A model generated the notes under the pieces. It saw nothing but the letters and a program-made list of their open reading frames with translations, had not been told where the DNA came from and ran no database searches. 64,000 nucleotides of DNA from Trueperaceae bacterium (GTDB lineage Bacteria > Deinococcota > Deinococci > Deinococcales > Trueperaceae): the NCBI GenBank assembly GCA_965213925.1, contig OZ243927.1:2592001-2656000 (forward strand), given 5' to 3'. Numbering within the stretch: the stretch's first letter is position 1; every line of letters begins with the position of its first letter. Position numbers and translations under genes: made by a program. Positions 1 to 9,011 of the stretch are shown piece by piece.

Positions 1-942
1 TTCGTCCAAGAAGTCCTGCGTGCCCAGTTCACTCGGGGCGAAGCTCTGCGCCATGCGGCCTAGCGCGTCCAGATCGTTCGCCCGCACGGCGTCCATGAAT
101 TCAGCCGTGGTGAAGGTGTTGACGGCGTCCTCCGAAGCCATGCTCTGCGTGCCGAATACGCCCACGTCATTGAAGGTGATGGCTTGTCCGGTGAAGTCCT
201 CTATGTCGGCTAAGTTCGACTGACCCGAAAAGACCTCGACGTAGCGGATGACCTCGGTGCGGTTCTGGTTGAGGTCGTAGGTGACGACGTGCAAGGTCGT
301 GTCGCCTTCGAAGCCCTCGGCGGAGAGGGCGACCTCGGTTTCGCTGCCGTTAAAGTCGAAGGGCACGCCCGGCACAAACTGATTGAGGTAGCCCGAGCTG
401 CCGCGGCTCTGACCCAAGGCGGCGGACGAGAAGGTGAAACCGTTGACGTCCGGCTCGGCGAGTTCGCCGTCGACGGTGAAGGTGAAGGTGTCCTCTTCGC
501 CGCCGCCTGTGAAGCTGTCGCCGTTGTCGACGCTCACGTTGAGTTCGGGGGGCTGGGTGGGCAAGAAGGGGTCAAAGATTTCAAGCTGGATGGTGTCGTA
601 GAAGGTCTCTTCGCCCTCGGTGACGCGCAAGCCTTCGACCCGCGAGGTGGCGTATCCCTCTTGGCGGAACTCCAACGCCTGCGTGCCCTTGGGCACGGAC
701 AGGCTGTAGAAGCCGTCCGCGTCGGTTTCGGCGCTCGTCTCCTCGCCGACGACGCTCACCGTCGTGCCCTCGACGGGCTGCCCCGCTTTGCGCAAGGAGA
801 CGTAGCCCGACACCGTGCCAAGCTCCTTGTTGAGCGTTTCTTGCGAGGTGTTCTCCTGCGTCAGGTCTGCGCACGCCGCTAGGACGAGCAGCGCGAACGC
901 AGCCATGATCACCGCACCGAAACCCTTGAGATGGGTTTTCAT
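1..942 (-). CDS. Secreted lipoprotein with carboxypeptidase-regulatory-like/Ig-like domains (3' end outside window)
   Basis: Manual translation from ATG at 942 (RBS AGGAGG): MKTHLKGFGAVIMAAFALLVLAAC lipobox, then GTVSGYV...PVEGTTVSV...TDADGFYSL; frame stays open to the window edge. Absent from the ORF track. Confidence 0.75.
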   Translation of the reverse strand, partial: MKTHLKGFGAVIMAAFALLVLAACADLTQENTSQETLNKELGTVSGYVSLRKAGQPVEGTTVSVVGEETSAETDADGFYSLSVPKGTQALEFRQEGYATSRVEGLRVTEGEETFYDTIQLEIFDPFLPTQPPELNVSVDNGDSFTGGGEEDTFTFTVDGELAEPDVNGFTFSSAALGQSRGSSGYLNQFVPGVPFDFNGSETEVALSAEGFEGDTTLHVVTYDLNQNRTEVIRYVEVFSGQSNLADIEDFTGQAITFNDVGVFGTQSMASEDAVNTFTTAEFMDAVRANDLDALGRMAQSFAPSELGTQDFLDE

Positions 943-1611
943 ACTTTCCTCCTGTGAATGAACGTTTGACCCTAGCCTCGAGCCCTCATTGCCAGCCTTC
1001 GCGACAACCTAACCTGAACGCCCGAATGTGCCAGGGTGATTAGGTTTGCGTCATGAGATCGAGGCACACCACGACCTACGTATTTATCCCTCCTGAAGTA
1101 AAATATTTCACTCTAAGTCGCCCACTATTCAACTGGAACGTACGACCCCAATACTAACACATGTAAAGAATTCAACATTTATATAAGTAAGGTGACCACT
1201 GAGGTATTTCTGCGGATGTGAAAAGAAGTGGCGTAGAAATCTCGGCTCTTGAACTGCTGCTATCTTATAGCCACTAAATACCCTGTTCTGGGTGTAAAAG
1301 GCCGGTGTTGAACCGCTATCTCGACCTCAAACGCAACTTTTTAACATCAGGTAGAACGGCTGTGCGGGACTGGTGGGAACCTGCGACTCGAGACGTAGCC
1401 TCATTTCAAGCGTGTCGTGGCGCGGATGTGTACAAAGTGCGGATGACACAGCGGGTTCAGATACGATTTCTATGCATTTTATGTCCGGGCGGCTCGAGCC
1501 TGACGCGGTTTCCTATACACCGGCTCGCTTAGAAGCGTAATACGCTCTTCCTTGTTTGACGCACCACCCATTTCCCCTTCAAAACGTTTGAGCTATCCTA
1601 AGGAGTCGTCC

Positions 1612-3651
1612 TTGAGCCTGATCAGCATGAGCCCCTCGACACGCCGTTTTTCTGCCGCCGACGCCGCCGAGCTGTACGGCGTGCCGACCTGGAGCGGCGG
1701 CTATTTTCGCGTTGGACAGGGCGGGCAGATGCAGGTCTCGCCCTCCGCTGACGGTCAGGGCGTCGCGCTTTCAGATATCGTCACCGACCTTCAGGCACAA
1801 GGTCACACGCTGCCCGCCGTGCTGCGCCTTCCGCAGATTTTAGAGCACCGCTTGGACGAGCTTAACAGCGCGTTCGCCGCGTCGATCCGAGAGGCTGGGT
1901 ACGGCGGACATTACCAGGGCGTCTTCCCGATCAAGGTCAACCAGCGCCGCGTCGTGGTCGAGACGATCGCCGAGCACGGCGCGCGCTACCGCACCGGCTT
2001 AGAGTCGGGCAGCAAGGCCGAACTCGCCATCTGCTTGGCGCAGGACATCCACCCGGACGCACTGCTCTGCTGCAACGGCTTTAAGGACGACGACTTTATT
2101 CGTCTGGCGCTGCGCGGGCGGCAGCTCGGCAAAAGCGTCGTCATCACCCTGGAGAAATACGCCGAGTTGGAGCGCGTGTTGCGCATAGGTGAGGAATTAG
2201 GCGTCGAGCCCGCGCTGGGGCTGCGCTTCAAGCTCCACGCGAAGGGCTCGGGCAAGTGGGCGGACTCGGGCGGCGACAGCGCCAAGTTCGGGCTCTCCGC
2301 CGCCGAGATGGTCAAGGTCGCGCAGCGGCTCAAGGAATGCGGGCGTTTGCACACGCTCGAGATGCTCCACTGCCACGTCGGTTCTCAACTCACCGACATC
2401 CGCAAAATCCGCGTGGCGGTGCGCGAGGCGGCGCAAGCCTATGCGCAGCTCCGCGTCTTAGGCGTGCCGATTCGCTACCTCAACGTGGGCGGCGGGCTCG
2501 CGGTGGACTACGACGGCTCCAAAACGACCTTCTACGTCTCCGCGAACTACAGCCTGCAGGAGTACGCCGACGCCGTCGTCTACGCCGTGCAAGAGGTTTG
2601 TGACGCTGCTGGTAACGGCGCAGGTGTGCCGCCGCACCCGCACCTCGTCACCGAGTCGGGGCGGGCGCTCACCGCGCACCACGCGGTCGTCGTCTTGCCG
2701 GTCGTGGACGCGGTCGGTCCGACCCGAGCGCCGCTCGAGCTGCCCGAACTGAGTGAACCTGCTCACACGCTCGTCTCTGACATGCGCGAGCTTCTCACGG
2801 ACATCACGCTCAAAAATTACCGCGAGGTCTACTTTGAGGCGGCCAGCAACAAGGACACGATGCACAACCTCTTCGACTTAGGCTACTTAAGCCTCCTGGA
2901 GCGGGCGCACATCGAGAGCCTCTACAGCCGCATCTTGGACCGAGTCTCCAGGGTGATTCAGGGGCTCGAGTACGTCCCCGACGAGTTCGAAGACTTGCCG
3001 AAACTCTTAGCGGACAAGTACATCTGCAACTTCAGCCTCTTCCAGAGCCTGCCCGACAGTTGGGCCATCGGCGCGCTCTTCCCGGTTGCGCCCCTAAGCC
3101 GCCTGGACGAAGCGCCGACGAGAAACGCGACTCTGGTCGACATAAGTTGCGACTCGGACGGGAAGATATAGTATTTCCACGTTTCATTGCTGTAGCAAAG
3201 AAACGTGCGAGCGGATGCGAGAAGAAACAGACGCAATCAGTTGGTGCAGCGAAGTGTGGAAGTACTAATAGATAAGTTCATCGACCTGCGCGACGTCAAG
3301 GCGACGCTGCCGCTGCACCCACTGCGCGAAGGCGAGCCTTACTACTTAGGCGTCTTCTTGTCGGGGGCCTACCAAGACGTGCTCGCCAACTCGCACAACC
3401 TCTTCGGGCGGGTGAACGAGGCGCACGTGCGCGTGACGGGCGAGGGCGGGTTTGTGCTCGAGCGCGTCGTGGGCGGTCAGAAGGCGCGGCGCGTGATCGA
3501 AAACATGGGCTACGAAGCCGTAGAGCTTTACGGCCGGCTCAAAGAGGAGGTCGACGAGCGCCTCCAGGCAGGAGATATCACGGCGCAAGAGGCGAGCGAC
3601 CTCTTAGAGACCTACAATGCAGAATTGGTGGGGTATACGTACCTTGAATAA
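1612..3651 (+). pseudogene. speA: Biosynthetic arginine decarboxylase, interrupted by a 99-bp insertion carrying in-frame stops
   Basis: Motifs VFPIKVNQ, HVGSQ, NVGGGLAVDYDG, CNFSLFQSLPDSW, CDSDGKI|DKFID, GAYQDVL. The two ORF halves (to 3171 and 3205-3651) are in the same frame. RBS TAAGGAG precedes TTG at 1612. Confidence 0.92.
3169..3267. mobile_element. MITE-like element inside speA, 3-bp ATA target duplication
   Basis: Terminal inverted repeats TAGTATTTCCAC / GTGGAAGTACTA (11/12); flanking ATA at 3166-3168 and 3268-3270; removal restores DGKIDKFID. Confidence 0.88.
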
Positions 3652-3711
3652 CCGCGCTACGCCGTCTACATTCGAGCGCGGCGCTGTGTAGGGGTGATTC
3701 ATGAATCACCC

Positions 3712-4905
3712 CTACGTGGTCAGCGTTTCAGATTCATCGCTTTTCACGACAACGCCACCAAAAACAATGCGCTGCGGGCGTCTATAGACGCTCGCGTCCT
3801 CCAACGGGTTGCCGTCCCACGCTGTGAGGTCGGCGAACGCGCCGGGTCGCAGCGTGCCGACCTGCCCCGCCAGCCCGAGCGCGTCCGCTGCCACCGTCGT
3901 CGCGGCGCGAAAGACGTCCGAGAGGTCCACGCCAACTTGGGCGAGTAGCGCCAACTCTCTATGCAGGTTGCCGTGCGGGTTAAAGGGCGTGCCTGAGTCG
4001 GTGCCGGAGACGATGGGCACGTCCGCCCGGTAGGCCTCGGCGGTATTTTCACGGTGCCGCCGGGCGATAGGGCGCGTTTTTTCTAGGACCCAGTCGGGCA
4101 TTCCCGCGTCGTCGCCGCCGGAAAGGATGCCGTCTGGCGCGGCTAAAGTCGGCACTAAAAAGCGCGTCTTGAGCATGTCCAAGGCGTCTTCGTCCCATTC
4201 GTCGAACGCGCCGTGCTCGACCGTATCGATGCCCGCGCGAAGGGCATTCTTGATCCCCTCCAAGCCCTGCGCGTGCGCGGCGGTGCGCCGCTCCGCCTTG
4301 TGCGCCTCCTCGACGCCCGCGCGCAGCTCGTCCTCGGTGAGCGCCGTTGCGCCCGCCCGCACGTTTTGCGTCAAAACGCCGCCCGTCGCCATAAACTTGA
4401 CCACCTGTGCGCCCGCTTTGAGTTCGCCGCGCACGGCCCGCCTCATGGCGTCAGGTCCGTCCGCCTCGAGCCCCAACTTATGCCCGTGACCACCCGTCAT
4501 GGTGAGGTTGCGCCCCGAACTCTGGACGCGCGGTCCGCTGAGTCGCCCCTCGGCGACCGCCCTGCCGAGGTCGACCGCGACGTTGTCCGGTCCGCCCAGG
4601 TCGCGCACCGTCGTCACACCCGCCCCGAGCTGCGCGCGCATGTTCTTCTGCGCTAACAGCACGCGCTCCGTCAGGCTCAGCGCTTGTAGATACGCTACTG
4701 GATTCGCGCTCGCGTCCAATAAGAGATGGACGTGCGCGTCGATAAGCCCAGGCGTCACCGTGCCGGTCAGTTGCACGTCTTCAGCGCGCGCCTCACCCTC
4801 TTCAAAGTCCACGATGCGCCCACCCTGTGTGCTGAGGCGTCCGGTGATTCTCTCCAGCGTTTCGGGGAAGAGGAAGGTCGCGTGATAGGTCGTTGAGTGG
4901 CTCAA
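3712..4905 (-). CDS. Metal-dependent amidohydrolase (Xaa-Pro dipeptidase-like)
   Basis: PGLIDAHVH, GVTTVRDLG, KFMATGGV, AAHAQG, DTVEHG, SGTDSG motifs. Confidence 0.85.
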   Translation of the reverse strand: MSHSTTYHATFLFPETLERITGRLSTQGGRIVDFEEGEARAEDVQLTGTVTPGLIDAHVHLLLDASANPVAYLQALSLTERVLLAQKNMRAQLGAGVTTVRDLGGPDNVAVDLGRAVAEGRLSGPRVQSSGRNLTMTGGHGHKLGLEADGPDAMRRAVRGELKAGAQVVKFMATGGVLTQNVRAGATALTEDELRAGVEEAHKAERRTAAHAQGLEGIKNALRAGIDTVEHGAFDEWDEDALDMLKTRFLVPTLAAPDGILSGGDDAGMPDWVLEKTRPIARRHRENTAEAYRADVPIVSGTDSGTPFNPHGNLHRELALLAQVGVDLSDVFRAATTVAADALGLAGQVGTLRPGAFADLTAWDGNPLEDASVYRRPQRIVFGGVVVKSDESETLTT

Positions 4906-5066
4906 GAGGGTCTCCTTATGAGGGTTAGCCTATAATAGACGAGCGGAACCTTGCGCGAGTAGGGGAGAGGTACAGACTTTTATGTGCCCTAAACCCGTTT
5001 CTTCCGCGAGGAAGGTGTCGGTAAGCCAAGAAAATAGCGCCCAGACATCATCCAGGCGCTATTTAG

Positions 5067-5234
5067 TACACCGTCAACTAAGTATTGATACCTTCTTACT
5101 GATGTCACCCTGAGCCGAAGGCGTAAGGGTCTCGTCTCGCAATCTCTGTTAGAGGAGTCAGCAAGGGCAGAGATTCTTACGCTCCACTGCGTTCCGCTCA
5201 GAATGACATACTTCATTGTTTAGTTGACGGTGTA
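5067..5234. mobile_element. MITE (168 bp) enclosing a REP-like palindrome
   Basis: Perfect 15-bp TIR TACACCGTCAACTAA (5067-5081 / 5220-5234); TTTAG duplicated at 5062-5066 and 5235-5239. Confidence 0.85.
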
Positions 5235-5247
5235 TTTAGGTTGAAGT

Positions 5248-6078
5248 TTAGGAGCGCAAAAAGTCCAGCATCAACTCGTTAAGCTTCTCGGTGTGCGTGT
5301 ACTGAAGCCCGTGCGGTGCGCCCTCGATGACCTCTAAGCGGCTGTCTTTGATCATCTCGGCAGCTTGCTTGCCGCTCGCGTCTAACGGGACGATCTGGTC
5401 AGCGTCGCCGTGGACGATAAGCGTAGGCACCGTGATCTTCTCCATGTCGGGGCGAAAGTCCGTCGTGCCGAACGCCGTGATGCACCTTTGCATCGCCCTG
5501 GGCGAGCAGAACGCCGCGATCATCTTGTTGTAGTGGAGCAAGTCGTCGCTAATGGAGTCGCCGTCGTCGTAATTGACAAACTGCTTGCCGAAGCTGTCTA
5601 AAAAGGCGATGCGGTCCTCCTTGACGTTCTCCATAAATTCGTCGAACGCTTCTTGCGGCACGCCGTCAGGGTTATCGTCCGTCTGAAGCATGTAAGGCGT
5701 CACCGCGCTGATGAGCATCGCTTTAGAGACGCGGTCTGTGCCGAACTGACCGAAATAACGCGCCACCTCGCCGCCGCCCATCGAAAAGCCCGCTAAGGTC
5801 ACGTCGTGCAGGTCGAGCGCCTTGATGAGTTCGTGGACATCGTTCGACATCGTGTCGTAGTCGTAACCGCTCCAGGGCTTGTCCGAATCGCCGAAGCCGC
5901 GCCTGTCGAACGCGACGCAGCGGTAGCCGGCCTCGGTCAGCGCGTTGACCTGGTACTCCCACATGCGGTGGCTGAGGGGCCAGCCGTGGATGAGTACGAC
6001 GGGCGGACCTTCACCGTAGTCTTGAAAATAGAGGTTGACAGGGTAGTCTCGCTCGGTTGCAACTTGAACAAAAGGCAT
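5248..6078 (-). CDS. Alpha/beta hydrolase (non-heme haloperoxidase/arylesterase family)
   Basis: HGWPL, DRRGFG, GFSMGG nucleophile elbow, HGDADQIVP, PHG. Confidence 0.9.
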   Translation of the reverse strand: MPFVQVATERDYPVNLYFQDYGEGPPVVLIHGWPLSHRMWEYQVNALTEAGYRCVAFDRRGFGDSDKPWSGYDYDTMSNDVHELIKALDLHDVTLAGFSMGGGEVARYFGQFGTDRVSKAMLISAVTPYMLQTDDNPDGVPQEAFDEFMENVKEDRIAFLDSFGKQFVNYDDGDSISDDLLHYNKMIAAFCSPRAMQRCITAFGTTDFRPDMEKITVPTLIVHGDADQIVPLDASGKQAAEMIKDSRLEVIEGAPHGLQYTHTEKLNELMLDFLRS

Positions 6079-6117
6079 GAATTCCTCCTCGAGAATAGGC
6101 TGTGAACGACCCTACCA

Positions 6118-7578
6118 CTACTGAGCACCGAAGGTGACGGACTTAGATGCGAGTTCTAGCGCTAAGTCCACGGTTTCACCTCCGCGCTGCACCGTAATCG
6201 TCACCTCCGTGCCGACACCTTTTTCGCGCAACACGCCGAGTAGCTCGTCGAAGTTTCTGGTACGTTGACCGTCCACTGCGGTGATCACATCTGCTCGCAG
6301 ATCGAAGTCTACGACCTGCCCGGCGTCGTTGGTGATGGGCTCGGCTTCTAAGTCGCGCAAGCCCGCTCTTTCTGCCGGGCTGTTCGGCGCGACGTTGCCT
6401 ACAATGACGCCCGCACGCGGTCCCAAGTCGAAGCGGCGCTCGCGCCGCGGGTTATAAGCGCCCGTCAGACCGTAGCGCCGTGAACCCAAGGTAAAGCCGA
6501 TCACCGGAATGTCGCGCCGCTCGCCCGCCCTCAAGCTCGCGATCACGTCGCTCTCGGCGGAGACCGGCACCGCGTAGGAGTTAAAGCGCCCGCCCTCTTC
6601 GGCGAAGGGCGCGATGATGCCTTGTGGTGCGCCCGAAAGCGCGATGTAGCTCACGACGCCGATGGCTTCGCCGTCCGCGTTGATGACTGGGCCGCCCGAG
6701 TCGCCGGGGGCGAGGGGGGCGGTGAGTTCGATGGCGGTATCGGCGAATGTCGAGCGGAGAGGCGCGACGTCTAGGCGCGTGACCTCGCCGACGCGCCCCT
6801 CCAAAAAGTCGCCGCGGCTGTTGCCGATAGCCAGTACCTCGCTGCCAATCTCAGTGGTTAAGCCCGTGAGCGGCAGGTAGGGAACTTCATTAGAGACGTC
6901 CGCTTGCAAGAGCGCGAGGTCGAGGTAGGCGTCGAAGCCGATGAGTTCCAAGGGGTAGCGCATCTGGTTGGGACCGACCGCGACGATGCTGCGCTCACGG
7001 GCTTGACCGGGGTTGGTCGGGTCGACCACGTGATACGCCGTCAGGACGAGACCGTCGGGCGAGATGAAAAAGCCGGAGCCGACGCCCTGCACAACCGAGT
7101 TAAAAACGTTGCCGCTTCTCACCTCGAGCTGCAAGCTCGCCGGGCGCGTCTGTTCGAAGACGCTGAGCAGGGTGCCGCTCGGAGCGACCACTTCGGGCAG
7201 GCCGCGCTGCGCGAAGTGGAGTTGGGGCTCCTCCGGGCGCTGGACACTCAGCGCGACGAGCCCGATTGTAAAGAGAAGACCCAAAAGGAGAAAAACGCGC
7301 CGCATGGAGCGCAGAGGACCCGGCGGGGGCGCAGCGGTCTGTGACGCTGCGGGGAGAGGCACCCTGGGCCGCCCGAGAGCCACCTCGAGCTGTTCCTCTT
7401 CGCGCCCGTCCGACGTCTGCGCCTCAGCACCTTGTTCCTCAAATTGTGAGGTTACAGCCTGTGACTCTTCAGCTTCATCCTGGGCTCGAGTTTCGCCCTG
7501 CGTTTCCTGCGCCGCGCCCTGCACCGGCTCCCGTCTCCTCTGCTCGGTGGCTAGCGCCCGTTCGTCCTCGTAATTCAC
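6118..7578 (-). CDS. HtrA/DegP-like membrane-anchored serine protease (S1C) with PDZ domain
   Basis: TM segment, GSGFFISPDGLVLTAYHVV, DLALL, PGDSGGP, SPAERAGL PDZ motif. Confidence 0.85.
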   Translation of the reverse strand: MNYEDERALATEQRRREPVQGAAQETQGETRAQDEAEESQAVTSQFEEQGAEAQTSDGREEEQLEVALGRPRVPLPAASQTAAPPPGPLRSMRRVFLLLGLLFTIGLVALSVQRPEEPQLHFAQRGLPEVVAPSGTLLSVFEQTRPASLQLEVRSGNVFNSVVQGVGSGFFISPDGLVLTAYHVVDPTNPGQARERSIVAVGPNQMRYPLELIGFDAYLDLALLQADVSNEVPYLPLTGLTTEIGSEVLAIGNSRGDFLEGRVGEVTRLDVAPLRSTFADTAIELTAPLAPGDSGGPVINADGEAIGVVSYIALSGAPQGIIAPFAEEGGRFNSYAVPVSAESDVIASLRAGERRDIPVIGFTLGSRRYGLTGAYNPRRERRFDLGPRAGVIVGNVAPNSPAERAGLRDLEAEPITNDAGQVVDFDLRADVITAVDGQRTRNFDELLGVLREKGVGTEVTITVQRGGETVDLALELASKSVTFGAQ

Positions 7579-7786
7579 GCATCGCTCGCTTTCTCTAGGG
7601 GTGATGTAGTCGTAATACCTAACGTCTAGTTTAAGGGTAGACGAGTCTAGCGGACTATGCCGTATTCGTCATTACTCAAACGTCGTTCTTGGCGGCGTGC
7701 CGTCTCGCATAGCCGTCTCACGGCTTCGGGTACAAATGACTCTTTTGACTCCTTCCCTCCTCGAGGCGCCGGCGTATACTACAAGG

Positions 7787-8815
7787 ATGAGTACGCCCGC
7801 CCCCGTTGACAACTCCGGTGAAACCGACTACAGCGCTAAGATTCAAGCCGTCGCTGACAAACTTCGTGCCTGGGAAGGACCCGTCGTCCTCATCGCCCAC
7901 GTGGACCCAGACGGCGACGCGCTCGGCAGCACGCTCGCGCTTAAACGCGCCCTGGACGCGCTCGGTAAAGAGACGGTGCTGCCGCTCGAAGCTCCGCGCT
8001 ACCTCGCGTTTCTAGCCGAAGAGGGCGAACTCTCCGCGCCGCTAGAGACGCTGCCCGAAAGGTGCCTCCTGGCGATTCTCGACGTGGCGGACGAAGACCG
8101 CGCTGAGGGTGCGCCCTTAGAAGGTGCCGCGTTCACGCTCAACCTCGACCACCACGGGACGAACGTCCGCTTCGGCGACCTCGCCTGCGTCGAGCCGGAC
8201 CGCGCGGCAACGGCGCACATCGTCAAAGACGTGATCGACGCGATGGGGGTTCCCTGGAGCCCCGCCATCGCGACGCCCTGCTTGACGGGCATCCTGACCG
8301 ACACGGGCAACCTCCGCTACGGCAACACCGCGCCGGCGACCCTTCAAGCGGCGGGCGACCTCATCGCTAAGGGTGTACCCTACGCCGAACTCACCGACCG
8401 CTTGCAGTGGCGTCACCCCGACTACTTCAGGATGCTCGGCAAGGTGATGTCCACCGCCGAATTCCCGCTGGGCGGCTTGGTCGCGATGGCCCGCTTGACG
8501 CAGAGGATGCGCGACGAGATCGGTCCGACTGACGACGACTCGGACGACTACGTCGGTTTTATCCGCTACGCGGAAGGGGCGCAACTCGCGATTTTTCTCA
8601 AGGAGCGCACGGACGAGGCGGGACCGAAAACGAAGATTTCGGTGCGCGCCCGTGAGGGCGTCTCCGCGCAGGCGGTCTGCTTGGCGTTTGGCGGCGGCGG
8701 ACACGTCGCGGCGGCGGGCGCGACGGTACACGCCGACATGGAGGAGGCGCGGCGGCAGGTTTTGGAGGTGGCGAAAGAGGAGTTGGAGGCTCGAGGGTTC
8801 GACGTGCCGGGTTGA
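7787..8815 (+). CDS. nrnA: DHH/DHHA1 phosphoesterase (bifunctional oligoribonuclease/PAP phosphatase)
   Basis: HVDPDGDALGS, LDHH, GILTDTG, FGGGGHVAAAGA; start set at ATG 7787. Confidence 0.85.
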   Translation: MSTPAPVDNSGETDYSAKIQAVADKLRAWEGPVVLIAHVDPDGDALGSTLALKRALDALGKETVLPLEAPRYLAFLAEEGELSAPLETLPERCLLAILDVADEDRAEGAPLEGAAFTLNLDHHGTNVRFGDLACVEPDRAATAHIVKDVIDAMGVPWSPAIATPCLTGILTDTGNLRYGNTAPATLQAAGDLIAKGVPYAELTDRLQWRHPDYFRMLGKVMSTAEFPLGGLVAMARLTQRMRDEIGPTDDDSDDYVGFIRYAEGAQLAIFLKERTDEAGPKTKISVRAREGVSAQAVCLAFGGGGHVAAAGATVHADMEEARRQVLEVAKEELEARGFDVPG

Positions 8816-8846
8816 GTTCGGCGGGGATAGTAGCGTTTCGCCACAT

Positions 8847-8962
8847 GGTAGTGGTTCTAAGTCGAATGCTGTTGTGTACGCCTTCTACCGTCTCCAGGCA
8901 ACAAACAAGGGGTTTCAACCCCTTGCTTTGACATCCGTGTCATCCCAGACAGAGCCACTACC
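8847..8962. mobile_element. MITE (116 bp) with 8-bp target duplication and IS1-like GGTAGTG ends
   Basis: TIR GGTAGTGGTTCT / AGAGCCACTACC (11/12); CGCCACAT duplicated at 8839-8846 and 8963-8970. Confidence 0.88.
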
Positions 8963-9011
8963 CGCCACATCAAAGGAAACTGGTTTTGTATCTAAGGGGT
9001 CCGGATTCTTC

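Noticed and set aside
289..882. Plus-strand 197-aa ORF and the many similar overlapping ORFs in the track
   Set aside because: Antisense or alternate-frame shadows of GC-rich genes; the real gene here is the minus-strand lipoprotein.
3169..3267. Self-splicing intron or intein in speA
   Set aside because: Too short, no group I/II core or intein motifs; TIRs and a target duplication indicate a transposon-derived element.
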